Shown: in pieces, positions 1 to 13,027 of the stretch
Layout: every line of letters begins with the position of its first letter
How positions within the stretch are numbered: position 1 is the stretch's first letter
Origin: Podarcis melisellensis
Lineage: Eukaryota
DNA: 64,000 nucleotides
Direction: 5' to 3' (one strand)
NCBI GenBank assembly: GCA_964234715.1
Contig: OZ174279.1
The notes under the pieces: generated by a model
Databases searched by the model: none
What the model saw: only the letters and a program-made list of their open reading frames with translations
Told to the model about the DNA's origin: nothing
Position numbers and translations under genes: made by a program

Positions 1-1773
1 GGGGTGGAATCTTGGGGGGGGGGGAATATTAAGAAGTGCAAAGTGCATGTCGTAAGTTGTTAAAGGTATATACTGTTGTTAAAAAAACCCCTAGTTTAAA
101 AGCATTTTTGTTTTGCTGGATGCAATTATTTTCTTTGACATTTTTCTTTCTTTTCAGTTGCAATAGTAAGCATGTCTGAATGCTGGCATGTTTTCTAACA
201 TATGCTCCATGTAGCTTCCAGGGTTAATGTGCGTGACACATAGACTCAACATTTTCCTGGATCTCAGTATATTCAAATTGTTTTCCTCTAAACTCCCAGA
301 GAAGGAACGAAGGCAGGAAATGATCTAGATCAGTATTCATTTAGCAGATTTCAAGTGTTCAAAGTTCTTCCCGTACTTTATTTTAGTAATACTCAGAACA
401 GCCTTGTAAATTAATCCAGTACCATTATCTCAATACTGCTGATGGGGACGCCCAAGGCTGAGAAAATGATGCCTTGACTAAAGCCATTTAGATAGTTTGT
501 AACGAAGTATGAGAGACCAGTGCTAAATCCAGTGCATTTCTTCTGTGCTTTTTGTGTAACGTTTTTATGGCCAACCTAACTTACAGTGAGTCAGCCAGAA
601 GAGGCAGCCACAAGCAAACTGGGGGGCTAGGATGAGCTTTCTTCTCTGCCACAAAATGAACTGTGCAGAATGCCCACCTCTCAAATAATAACCATTCATA
701 TAGAGTGTTGATTTCCTTTTTCTAGATCACCGTAATTTGTGCACCATTGGAAACTGCTGTCATTTTTGTGGAGAATCAGTACAGACTGATCTCTGCATCT
801 ATAAGAAGTTTCTGTGCCTGTAATATAGCTCCTTGCTGGAGGGAGATTTAACAAGCCCAGCTTTTCTTATTACTGCATCATTGCAGTGGTAGAAATCACA
901 GGTTCCAGAGATATCCCAGGTGCATGGTGATCAAAAGCAAAGGAGCCCCTTCAGGCTAGGGGCTGTCAGTTCCTGAGATGGATTGGTTTTGTTCTAAGCT
1001 GTAATACACTTTAAAGGAGGCCAATTTAGGGATAAGATGAGCCTTCTACTCCAGATGTAAATTTTAGAGAGCAAAAGTCGCTGACAACAGTAGCAGCAGC
1101 ACACTAGTGCAATCAGTACACTGGATTTATCTACCCTTTGATAATGAGGTCTCTTAATTAACAGAGGGGAGGGAAATAATAAATATGCATTCGTGTGAAA
1201 CTGGGCTAGCTAGAAAAGTCAGAGGTTCTAGGCCATACCATCATAAATCCCTCATAGAAACCAGCAGCATTTTAGAAAGTCTCTGTTCATGCTAATCACA
1301 CTTACTAGGGAGTCACATTGAACTCAGTCACACTTTGAGTAAACATGCTTTGGATTGCACTCCACATTTCCTGAATATATTTTTACTACATTTATCTAAA
1401 ATCCAACTATATGTTATCCTGATTTTAAGTGAATCAGTGCAATCCCTTGTCTGTCTACTAATAAGAAAATTCAACTGTGTTCAGTGGGGCTTACTTTCAG
1501 GTAATTGTGTTCAGAATTGCAGCCAATGGGTTGGATACCAATATTCCTTTATTATGACAAAAGTAGTGGGTGGAAATTTTGGATCCAACACATTAGAGGA
1601 AAACCTTTTAAAAATTGTGGTACAATTCCTAGCATACTTTAAAATTCTGTTTCATCAATCATATTCTGTTTTATTATCTTTCACTTGTTCCCTGGAAGTT
1701 GCATGCATTAATTTTTCTTTTGTTCATCTCATTGTCATCTTCATACTCTGTGGTAAATTGTAAATACAACCAG

Positions 1774-1876
1774 CCTCCGCTCCTTCAGTTCGGATAGGTC
1801 CTACACTTTGAACAGAAGTTCTTTCGCCCGGGACAGCATGATGATCGAAGAACTCTTGGTGCCCTCAAAGGATCCG
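1774..1876 (+). CDS. ANK3: Ankyrin-G internal exon (human exon 25 equivalent), linker before ZU5
   Basis: cag|C CTC CGC...GAT CCG|gtgagg; 103 nt; encodes LRSFSSDRSYTLNRSSFARDSMMIEELLVPSKDP, matching ankyrin-G. Confidence 0.95.
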
Positions 1877-4249
1877 GTGAGGTTTTTTAATTGATTCTGT
1901 GGTCTGGAGCATTTTATAGAAATAAATAAATGTTTTACCATGCAGCTTAGCCTCTACAGTAGTGGGGTTCTGAAAGTTTTTTATTTATCAATTCTTTTGG
2001 TCAATCAGAGCTGAAATTTTAATCATAGAATCAAGCATCAATCGGTCAATCATACCAAGTAATCCATTGGAATTTACAGCCCTGGTAATGGTACTTTCTC
2101 CATCAATACTGATATTATTGCCCTGTGTTTCAGAACTGTAGAAAAGAATGTAGAATTAATGTGAAGTCACAAGAGCTTTTCTGAATTAATACAGAGTATG
2201 TGGTTTATTGGCAAAAGAAGATGGTTTCTTTTCAAAATCTGTAAACCATATATTGGGTATAATTGAATATGGTAAGGTTAGAGATAAATTTAACTTGAGA
2301 AACAGTGTTTGAACACTACTTTTATACTGCTGAAATCTACAGGGCAAAATCAGTGTGGCTGCAATAAATTCGAGAATGGTTATTCAAGCTACATATAATT
2401 GCAATTGTTTGCTAGCTTGGGAGAATTTCAATAAATAACAGTGTTTTCTTTCTCTGATAAGTTAGTATTTTTAAAGGATGTTGGAGTTTGCTTTTGCTTT
2501 ATATCACAAAAGACCAGAAAGCAAGGATGACTGACATATTGGTAAATGTGTTTGACCTATCAGAGTAGGGCAGTATCTGGATTTTGCATGCAATACAATA
2601 AGAATATTTTACACTGAATAGCCAATTTCTCTTTGGGAAAAAGGCATGTCCAATAATAGACAAGGCTTCTTATTTGTGTTAAATTGCTTTACAATGGCCA
2701 TCCAGGTAATTATCTTCTTCAAGATATACCACTGAGGTTATGTGTTCTTCTTAAACTGGTTTTCTTGGAACGTTTTTCTTGTTACAAGAGACAAAAACAT
2801 AGGATAGAAGGCAACAATTGTCTCTGTCTGAGATGAGTCTATAGTAGTGACACCTGCATGTTGCCAAAACCTGATTGTCTATCTAGCATTGTGATGTCAC
2901 CACATCACCAGATGATCTCCAATTGGCTTGGATTATGTAGTTGCCTTTGTCCAGTCCCTAGTGCCAAGCATTACTGAAAAGACCAGAGAGCAGTCCAGTC
3001 TGTGCGTGGGGGGAAGTATGTCAAAGATGCAGGGTGCTTCCCACCTCGAGAGTCACACCAAATTAGGAACTGAGAAGGATGTTGCTGCAGCAGTGGCTGG
3101 GATCTGGAGCACACAACAGTTCATGGTTCCTTCTTCTGAGTAGGGTGCAGTGATAGAACGCCACATGCTGTTGGGTAGGCATTTTCCAGTCGGGGCTTTA
3201 ATTTGGATCCATGACTGTTTTTGCTGCTGGTGTCTCGGGGGTGATTGGGAAGAGGTTCGGTATGTTGGGGGGTGGGGGGTGAACAGACAGAATAGGTCAC
3301 CCAATTTTGCAGACTCCCCCGGTGGCACATCTTCTAAGATGGTGATCTCTGGGAGTTGTACCTCTCCTCTTGGTCTCCATATGTGTTAGGTCTGGGGTGG
3401 GGCTCCTCTTCCTCTGATGGTAATGATTGCAAACATTCTGAACAATGGGGTTTGGGGAAACTATTTTGGTCTCCTACCCAAAGTCCAATTTACTTCCTTT
3501 TATAAACCTACCATTTACTGTTCTGCTGCAAATTTTACGACCTCCAGGTTTCTTTTTGTTTCTCTCTCCTTCCTTATTGTCTCCCACTATTAAATTGTTA
3601 GCAGAGTTTGGTCTTTTTATTTAAAAAACAAAACACCCTGTGCATGCTGCTTAGTTTTGAGAGGCTGCAGGTGAAACATTTTTGGAGTGTTCATTCCTTT
3701 TCAGGCTATATTCTACGGACAACTGCGTGGATATGCCAGTGTAATTCTCTTGATTAAAAGAAGTTTCACCCAGACAGTCAGAATATATAGCAGCTGGATA
3801 TCCAATTCTCATGCTGTAGAATAGGGTGTGTCTTTACAGATTGCTGTTTTCTACAGGGAATATGAAAGAGTCCTTAATTCCCTAATGAAAGGGCTTTAAG
3901 AGAAGTGGCATTCATTAAAAGTTTAAATGTAGCATTCTTGTGCAGTGACCTGGATAGCAATATTTTGGTATTCCTGTCGTGCTTAGCAGGCTTGTGTGCC
4001 CACAGTGGCTTTCAGTATGCTTGAATTGCTATTCCTGACTTCCCTGATTTTGGCAGGAGTGGCAAATCTTAATTTTAACCCTCTTGTGAAGTGTATCATA
4101 TTACCTGTAATCTGCTGACATGGGGGTCAGGTCAACCACAAATAAGCCTTAGTTTAAAACAACAGCAATAACAACAACAAGAAGAGATGTGTTTGGCAAT
4201 GGTTCCAGTTTAATGTGAAATAGGAAAACGCATTTAGGATTGTTTACGG

Positions 4250-4455
4250 CAGAGCTTTCCAAACTTTTCATGTTGGTGGCACACTTTTAAGACATGCATC
4301 ATTTTACGACACCGCCATTCAGTTTTACTAGCAAACCGGAGGTTAAACTAACCCCTTTCCAGCCCTGGGAGGAGCCCGGGGAGCTTTCACGTGACACAAC
4401 TGCACACTGCAGCTGACACACTAACGTGTTGTGACACGCAGTTTGGAAAGGTCTA
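4250..4455. mobile_element. hAT-type MITE
   Basis: TIRs cagagctttccaaact / agtttggaaaggtcta; 8-bp TSD gtttacgg (4242-4249) / gtttacag (4456-4463). Confidence 0.8.
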
Positions 4456-4573
4456 GTTTACAGCTAAAGGTATACAGGGAAGGTCTGTAATAGTCCTCCA
4501 TGTTGATTTCTCAAAGCTTTCCTCCTTCAGCTAAAAATCTCCAGTATTTATTCATTTTTTGAAATAGAAAATA

Positions 4574-4815
4574 CAGTAGAACCTTGGGTTACATACGCTT
4601 CAGGTTACATATGTTTCAGGTTACAGGCTCCACTAACCCAGAAATAGTACCTCGGGTTAAGAACTTTGCTTCAGGATGGGAACAGAAATCGTGTGGCGGT
4701 GGCACGGCAGCAGTGGGAGGCCCCATTAGCTAAAGTGGTGCTTCAGGCTAAGAACAGTTTCAGGTTAAGAACGGACCTCTGGAACGAATTAAGTACGTAA
4801 CCAGAGGTACCACTG
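4574..4815 (+). mobile_element. Tc1/mariner (Tigger/pogo-like) MITE
   Basis: TA|cagtagaaccttgggttac ... gtaaccagaggtaccactg|TA; same family as 53698-53904, in the opposite orientation. Confidence 0.85.
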
Positions 4816-5082
4816 TACTGAATACATAACACTTCTTACCTAAACTGCTGCATGAACACACAATTGTTAATGAGGTATTTAATAAGAGATTTCACCCAGT
4901 TACTGAAAGGTCATTTTTTCATTTTTCAAATTCACTTTAATTGGACTCAGACACCCACTGTGCTTTTTTAGTTTTAGATAAACACACACACACACACTGA
5001 GGGCACTTGGGCAAGCTAGAATTCAATAGAACTACAATCCCTGTGCTATAGGAAGATATGTGGAATATGAACTGCCCTAGAT

Positions 5083-5374
5083 AGGAACATACAAAGCTGC
5101 CCTCCACTCAGTCCATTGGTCCATCTAGCTCAGCATTAGCTACCAGGGTTTCCCAAACATTGGTCTACAACTAGACCATCTTACTAGCCATCAGGAACAG
5201 TAGTCAGGGATGATGGGATGTGTAGTCCAAAACAGCTGGAGACCAATGTTTGGGAAACCCTGGCACTGACTCACTAGCATTTCAGACAGGCTTTCCCAGC
5301 CCTGCCTCGAGATGTCAGGGATTGAACCTGGGACTTTCTGTGTGCAAACTCTGACACTGAGCTATGGCTCTTCC
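5083..5374 (-). mobile_element. tRNA-derived SINE (Squam3-like), interrupted by a MITE
   Basis: Minus strand reads ggaagagccaTAGCTCAGTG...GGTTCAATCCC (A and B boxes)...ctgagctagatggaccaatgga...gcagct..tatgttcct. Confidence 0.75.
5143..5263. mobile_element. Small MITE (hAT-like CAGGG ends) nested in the SINE
   Basis: Perfect 24-bp inverted repeat ccagggtttcccaaacattggtct / agaccaatgtttgggaaaccctgg. Confidence 0.8.
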
Positions 5375-7409
5375 TACAACAATGTAAGAATACAGTACTA
5401 AAATTAGTTTTGGGTCCATCTTCGGCATATGACTGAAGAAACTGTTTTCATAAAGATCTTCCTTGGAAATATATTACAGCTTTTTTAATGGCTTTTGGTG
5501 AGCTATGAAAACATTTTTATTTTGCCAAGCCATTAGTCTGGGTTGAATTTCAGTTCCCCTGCCTTTGAGTGGCTTTAGCTTTCTGTTACTACTTTTGATT
5601 ATTTTATTGCATTGCATTGCATTTTATTGTTAAGATTAGAAGATGCCTTTGGTGTGGGCTGAAAGGTGGGTTGTTGTTATTCTTTTCAGATAAACAGAAT
5701 AGTTATTTAAAAGTGAAACACTAAAAAGCAGGAGAAATGTAGAAGCAGGAATATTTGGCGCATTCGTTTTTTTTATCTCGAAAATTCATCTTTGCAAAGG
5801 AAGGGAGAGAGCACTTTCCTAATCTGCCACTGGCTTCATCACCTTGGCTGTTCATCCCCATGCATAGCACATAGAGATGGAACTGATAAATTATTCCTGA
5901 CATGGGAACCTGAAAATTATTTTTGAAACAGTCTGTGAGCTGGGAGGTTGGTTAATAATAGACGCAAGAAGGTTTCATGTAAGTCAGGCTACAGTGGCTA
6001 TCTTTATTCATGCTTTAAATATAGTCAGAAAACAATTTATTTTTAATTTTCGCTGTAGTTTGGAATGGGGTATTATGCTACTGCCAGAGAGGCTACTGGT
6101 GTTTTTTGGCTACCCTGACACTTTGTTTCTCAGGATTCTTGAGCTGGTTTGTCTGCTTTTGAGCACTAACAGACATTGAGGTTATGTGAGGCTTGAGGTG
6201 GTTTAACATTAGAATATATGGAAACAATATGTAGTTGTCTCTGTAACTCGGTCCCTTCTGAAAGCTACACTGTCTCCAAACTCACTATTCTTTGGGTACC
6301 ATTTAATTGTTTGCCAGCATATGCATTGTTTCAGCGTATGCAGTTAAAGTGGATTTGGGACTCTGGCATGATAAGTCAGCTTCCCCATCCCTTCTCCAAA
6401 ATGGAACTTCTGGGGTAGGGAAAATGAAAGGAAAACTTGCTGGAAAGTGTGAGATAACGGTGGTGCCAGGTGATATCATATAACCTCTGTTACCAGTGCT
6501 CAATAAAAAGCAACATCGTATGACCTCTGTGCAAATTTTGTGTGTGGGGGGGAACTAGATGAATGCTCAGTAAACAAGAAGAGCTCATAGATTCTAGTTG
6601 GCATGCAATATGACACAAAGAAGGAAAAAAACAGCTCATTTAAATTGCCCTTTTAAAATTGCTCTTTTGTCTTGCTTGCTTGTTTTATGGTGACTGCTCA
6701 AAGCCATTTCTGTTATGGCTCTGCAGGCCCAGCTGCCCCTTCGCCAGTCTGGATCAAGTCTGGTGCAGGGCAGTAGAATTCTAGTTGCTTGTCTGCCCAT
6801 CCCTCAACATTTGACATATGTAAAATAGGAAATGCATGCATAGAGGGAGTGATCCAAGGACTGTCTCAAGGTACATGATGCAGTTTTACTGGTGAAGCTG
6901 CCTGGACAGTAGGCTGCTTGGAAGCCATAGATCAGCACTGCGTTTAGGTTCTCCTGCACAGGATGCTGAGCCGAGGTGGTGCAAAATAATAATGAATAAA
7001 AAATGAATTATTGGGGGCACCAAATTTTGTCCTCGCTCAAGACGCCCTATTACCAAAGTCCTTCCCTGCATAGATATAAGTAAGCCACTTTAAGGAACAG
7101 AAAGGTATAAATATTCCACGGGCAAAATATATAGCCCTGGTGGTGTACACACAATCTCCATTCCACCCCTGGTTTTGAGGGACGAGGATCGGATCACACA
7201 TTATCAAGTGCATGTACCATTTCCATGGGACGCAGGTGGGGCCTGAATCCACAGCCACAATATTGAATATACCCAGTTTGTCTAGAGTTGTCAATGTGTA
7301 TTCTGTGCTTAGTGCAGAGATCGTTACTGGGATCCCCATTGAGATGCTATGGATAACATACTTGCTTATCGTTCTTTCAAATCACTGTTCCCTCTGAGCT
7401 CATTTTGTT

Positions 7410-7610
7410 GCATAGTGGTCAAGAGTGTCAATCTAGGACTGGGGAGATGCAGGTTCAAATCTCCAGTCAACCCCGAAAGTGACCTAGAATAAAATAAGGT
7501 GATAGACCAAGGCAGGATATAACTGTAATAAATAAACAAAATGGGCACTACCATGAGCTAGGCTGCTATGTCCTACATAAACAAGGTTTGTAAAGTAATT
7601 AAAGTGATTG
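7410..7610 (+). mobile_element. Degenerate tRNA-derived (MIR-like) SINE
   Basis: tagtggtcaagagtg (A-box-like) followed by caggttcaaatc (B-box-like); boundaries approximate. Confidence 0.45.
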
Positions 7611-7765
7611 GTGTGTGTGGGTGAGAGAGAGAGAGAGAATGATTGCGGGTGTTGTAAGTGCTAATAAAAGGTCGATTTTATTTCTCAGTTGTGATATACC
7701 ACAGGAAATGCTTGACTTTTTTCTCTCTGCTGAGTTAATATTTCTTCTCTTTCATCTCTTTGAAG

Positions 7766-7872
7766 CATCTGACGTTTCCAAGAGAATTTGACTCTGATTC
7801 GCTCAGGCACTATAGCTGGGCCGCAGACACCTTGGACAATGTCAATCTTGTCTCCAGCCCCATCCATTCTGG
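7766..7872 (+). CDS. ANK3: Ankyrin-G exon (exon 26 equivalent)
   Basis: Pyrimidine tract, then aag|CAT...TCT GG|gtgagt; 107 nt; HLTFPREFDSDSLRHYSWAADTLDNVNLVSSPIHSG. Confidence 0.96.
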
Positions 7873-9777
7873 GTGAGTTACCTGAAGGATTTCTCTCATG
7901 TCATTATGTATGAAACGAAGCAATAGTTGGGGGCTGGACAGGAAATAGCCCTGGTGAAACTTCCATTTCTGTTTTCCCCAAAGCCAGGGACTTGAGTGTA
8001 AGCATCATCGGAACAACAACCAACCACACCAATGCATGCTATGTTTTAATGTTACAGGGTTGCACTTGGGCAAAAACACTCTATAAAAGCATGGATAAAT
8101 TAATAGGAAAAATAGTGTTACTTACTTTGCCATTCCGGAAATATAAAAACATTTCTTTTAACATTTCTGATTTGGCTTGTTGAACTGCAGTTCTCTTCTT
8201 TCCGCAGGGCTTGCTGTGGGAAAGGGGTTTGGGAAAAGTCCCAGTGCATCTTTGGGTCTCACCCAATGTATGCTGGTTATTTCTAATTTATTTGGAGGCT
8301 GTGGAGCGGTTCTCTTTAAGAAAACAGAGTAGAACTTAGCCCTTACTATTTTGTCAGATTCCATCTAATCTGTTTTCAGTTGGTCAAACCATATGTGTGG
8401 CACATTTACATATGAAAAGCAAGGTGCATTTAATACCAGGGCAAATAAAGGCTTGTAATGAATGACAGTGGGTGCAATCCAGAGAAATACTGTGCCCAGT
8501 TAATGTTCGAGTTATCTAGATTTCAGTCAAGCCTTTTAAAATCAGAATTAACTTGTTTTGAATTGCCCAGAGAGTTGCAAAGTTCATTACATCAAAACCA
8601 TGAATAAATTTAACAAATGTTAATAAACCTCTCTCTGTCTTTTAAAAAGGTTATTTGTAAATGTTTAGATTTAGTTAGTATAATATCAGTGTGTCTCATT
8701 TCCCCCTCCATTCAGAAACATTGAAGAATGTAGTTGTTATAATAATAAACAACAAACATTACATAAAAATGAACGTAGACCAAAAACCAAAAAACAGAGA
8801 GCAGAGAGGCACTAAACAATGTTTTAGAGGCTTACACAGCAATGTTTAAGTCTTAAATTCTGTACTGTATTAGCATTTGTTTTTCTCTAGAGTTCATGCA
8901 CAAATAAGAATAAGCGAAGAGTATGAACTCATGGAGCCCATCAGTGGTAGGATGTAAATAATGTAAGGATCAGTTTTGAAATGCCCACAAAGGATATTTC
9001 CTTTTAAAAAATGATAAAAATACAAATACAGCATATTTGTGTTTTATAATACTACAGCTGGAAGGGGGGAAACCACTCAAAGTGAGCAATTGTACATACT
9101 TCTCCGTGAACTTTCCTTTGTTTTTATTATCAGCATTTCATTTTAGCCCAGATGACAAACTTTAAATCAGTGTATTCCAATAGAATAAAATATTTTGGTC
9201 TACGAAACCTCAACACACTTCTGTTTTATTTAAGTTTGTGGAGGTGGAGAGAGTCCCCAACAGAAAATACATTCAAAATAGGATCACAGTATTGTGGGTG
9301 ACATTCATATTCTTAGCTGACACACCCTGTAGCCTATTAAAATAGATAGCATGCAATTGCATTTGAATGACTGCGGCTCATGTTACCCTTGCAAGTGAGG
9401 GAGATGCTTCAAAGAGGTGTTGACTCCTTCTACTTGAAGCTTTAAAGGTTAACTAGGAAACATGCAGATTCGTTAAAACACCACCAAATTCTCAAAAATG
9501 TAGATTCTGGGAAATTACAGGAATTGGAGGAGATGTGGCAATAAGCAAATTCATGAAAGGGGCATTGCTGTTTCTTCACAATGGAAGACTTTATATATAA
9601 TGTCATAATTTCTAACTTTGATAAACTGTTAACAGGTCTTAATTACCCATCTCCTTGCTGCAAATTGAAGCTACTGTGTTACCTAGACACATCACAGGCC
9701 ACTATAGCAAATTTGGCTGCCATTGCAGGCCCTTTCACAATCACCCTACCCAGAATGCCAGGAAACACACACACATA

Positions 9778-10432
9778 CAGTGGCACCTGGGTTCTCAAAC
9801 TTTATCTGTTCCGGAAGTCTGTTCCACAACCAAAGCATTCTAAAACCAAGGCATGCTTTCCCATAGAAAGTAATGCAAAACAAATTAATCCGTTCCAGGC
9901 TTTTAAAAACAACCCCTAAAACAGCAATTTAACATGAATTTTGCTATCTAACAAGACCAATGATCCATAAAATGAAAGCAATAATCAATGTACTGTACTA
10001 TAAAATAAATAAGGCAGTACAGTATTGTAGATGATAAAAATTAAAATATTTTTTCCCCTTACCTGCACTGATAGTCACTGTTAGGATGGGGGGCTTTTAT
10101 CCATTTCCACAGGCCCACAGTCAATCAATCAATAGCTGAACTGGGTTCCACACAGTCACAAAAACAAATTAACTGAAAAAGCCTCAAAATCAAAAACACA
10201 AAATAAATAGCAAAAACAAAAGCACCAAACTTAATCCGTTCTGGAAGTCAGTTTGACTTCTAAAATGTTTGAAAACCAAGGCGCAGCTTCTCATTGGTGC
10301 AGGTGAAACTGTAAACAATAGGCGACAGCACATTGGATGTTTGACTTCCAAAAAACATTTGAAAACCGGAACACTTACTTCCAGGTTTTTGGCGTTTGGG
10401 TACCAAGGCGTTTGAGAACCAAGGTACCAATG
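9778..10432. mobile_element. Non-autonomous Tigger/pogo-like DNA transposon
   Basis: TA|cagtggcacctgggttctcaaac ... gtttgagaaccaaggtaccaatg; internal ttaatccgttcc motifs are shared with the other Tigger-like ends. Confidence 0.8.
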
Positions 10433-12280
10433 TGTATGGTCCTTTCTAGAGCAAGGCAGCAGGGGATGATGTGGATAGCTTCCCAGGTGGGCAGGAGGCA
10501 GTGAGACCGGCTTGGGGGGGGCACCAATTAGTGACCCTCCACTTGAGGTACTTGCCTCATTCTGCCTAATGGAAGGGCCCACATTATTCTAACATGTCCC
10601 ACTGATTTCAGTGGGTCTACTCTCAGCATGACTGAATTTGAATCCAACCCATTGGATCTACTCAATGAGGATATTTATGCAGAGTGCAGGTGAACATATC
10701 TTGAATCAACTGATATATGACTACATCTTTCACCCAGGCATGCAGCAACTTGGCTCCTCCCTTCGTGGTGGGAACAAAGAATATTTCCCTTGCTCCTCTG
10801 CATACTTGGCAGAAAGAGGTTGTTTGACCCCCTTGAGTTCTGAAACATTCAGCTTTCCGGCATGTAAACTTATATGTACTCTTGAAATTATTATTTTTTA
10901 CTATGGTTGGTTTTTTTTAAGTAGACCTAACTGCTCTAGTAATGATAGAAGCATTAGAAAGGTTAGGTCTGAAATTATCAATACACAATTGCTCCTTTAT
11001 TACATTACATTCTAATATCCACAATATTTGGGAAATGTGACGTTGAGCTTCTGACACATGATCAACACCAGCTTTATTAATGAACTGAAAACCAGCTGCC
11101 GTATTCTGGCACAACAGTGGCTTTCCCCCATGCCTGCTAACATAAGTCCCAGGTCCCTGCTTGTCTACATCCCCAGTTTGTGGTAGGCGGAGAGAGACCG
11201 AGTCTGTTCTGTCGGGCATGGAGCCAGCACTGATAGTATGTTGGAAGCAGCATGAGTGCAGTGCTCTGCTGCAGGAGCCAATCAGCAGCACCAACTTGCT
11301 CCCAGGGGGAGGGGCCAAGGACTGGGCCAGAAAGCGAACTTTCCCTCTGTGGTCTGCTCCCAGGGCATAAATTGGAGGCTTGGTTTGTGGCTTCAACAAT
11401 ACCATCACTGACTTTCCACCCTGCCCTCCCTCAAATCTGGGCATCCGTTTGCTGTGTGGCTGGGAAGGGATTTTACCTAGGCACCCCAGTTCAGCTCTGC
11501 ATTACATTGCAGGGTTTTTGCCTTCCCCCCAGCAACTTTCCTTGTGCTCCATTCTTTTGACATTTGTCACAACTAACAATTGGAGCTGCATGAGGAATTG
11601 AGCCGGACCCAAGCAAGCATTAGCAGAGGTGGATATGTTGCTGTCCCAGTGTGTGATCCCCTTAAGGTGTGTTGAGGTGTCACCAGAAGAGCTTAGCCCC
11701 TAATTGTGAAGAGGGGAGGCGGGACTGTTACGGCTGCTACGCTTCAGGTTGGTTGAAGGAGCCACATTATCCATTCATACCATGGTGGGCCTGCTAGTTA
11801 TGCGACTCCCGTCAAGGTGTTCCTGCTAATCAGGCTGGGAAGGTGACATTGGCCAGCAATGAGGCTGCTCAATGAAAGGATTCTGATCACTGTCACACGA
11901 GACTCTGTTTGCTGTAGCCAATCAAGTGGTGGCGAGTTATCCCCATTGCAGCCTACATACTGTTACTCAGTCATGCATCCTATTGGGGCTGCGTCCACCA
12001 TCCTGATTTCTTAAAAGGTGTGCATTACCTTTGCCTTTACTAATTAGAGTACTTGCTTTTATACATACTAAGTGGTGTTGGCCCTCTAGCAAATATTTAA
12101 AATGCAATTAAGTGCGTATTTTATATTACAGAACACGCACCTTTCCCCCGCTCTGATCAAACTGAAAAGCTTTGCTTTTGTTATTATTTTGCCGTTGCTT
12201 ATGATCGACATTTTCTGTTGCTGGCTTCTAATTATCTCACATTAATTTTTTTCCAATTTGCTTTCTAAATTATTTTGCAG

Positions 12281-12313
12281 CTATTCCTCTCCACTCCCCC
12301 AGTATGATTCAAG
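12281..12313 (+). CDS. ANK3: 33-nt alternative microexon immediately upstream of ZU5
   Basis: Long T-rich tract, ttgcag|C TAT TCC TCT CCA CTC CCC CAG TAT GAT TCA AG|gtgatg; symmetric phase 2 like the host intron; inserts YSSPLPQYDSS. Confidence 0.85.
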
Positions 12314-12996
12314 GTGATGACACTGTCTGTGACTCCTTGTTTTGCTTCTATATATGTTTATTTATTTATTTATTTTCTCCACAGTTGAAATGTGCCTAGA
12401 TGGTTTTTAGTGCATCTGATTTCCCAGCCCTTTCTACCTTTTATTGTAGACATCCCACTTCTTTGTTTGTTTGTTTGTGTAGTTTTTAGCAGTTGTCCTG
12501 TAGCTCACGTCATTTACCTGGCAATAATTTAGATGATCATCAACTACTAATTGTGTTCTTACAGACTGTGCATGATGTGCTCAAAAACATAATGGATAGC
12601 AATGTGTAAACTAGTGGGGGGAAGAGTAGAGTTTTACTGACAGGCGAGTTTGGACAAAATATCTAGAAGCAGCATTTTTAAAAGACAAGAAACAGTGGTC
12701 GAATTTGCCACTGATGTACTGCAGGAGAGTACCATGGCACCTTAGTTGTATTCACAGGGTGGGCAAACTATAGAATCTGCAGGTGGCTGGGCAGCAATAT
12801 TGCTGAATCAAATCTGCTGATGTTAGAATAGTGCCATCCTGGATTTTGTTGGTCTGAGTAGAGCAGTGTTCTTCAACCTCGGGTTCCTAGATGTTGTCGG
12901 AAATTTTGTTTGAGGATGCACTGCTCATAGCAGGTGATGCCCAATGGGCCTTCCCCATGCCCTGAGCGAATTATATATTATTTATTTATTTATTTA

Positions 12997-12999
<3 letters not shown>

Positions 13000-13026
<27 letters not shown>
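13000..13026. repeat. (CA)n microsatellite
   Basis: Directly visible, preceded by (ATTT)n. Confidence 0.9.

Positions 13027-13027
<1 letters not shown>

Noticed and set aside
140-175. Possible microexon ttttcag|TTGCAATA|gtaagc amid GCATG motifs
   Set aside because: 8 nt is not frame-preserving and I recognise no ANK3 peptide; the motifs may serve an exon upstream of the window.
1335-1763. 142-aa ORF and the many other short intronic ORFs
   Set aside because: No recognisable homology, often non-ATG starts; expected by chance in AT-rich introns.
11036-11571. Possible solo LTR (TGTGAC...GTCACA ends, minus-strand AATAAA)
   Set aside because: No target-site duplication and no recognisable family; the evidence is too thin.
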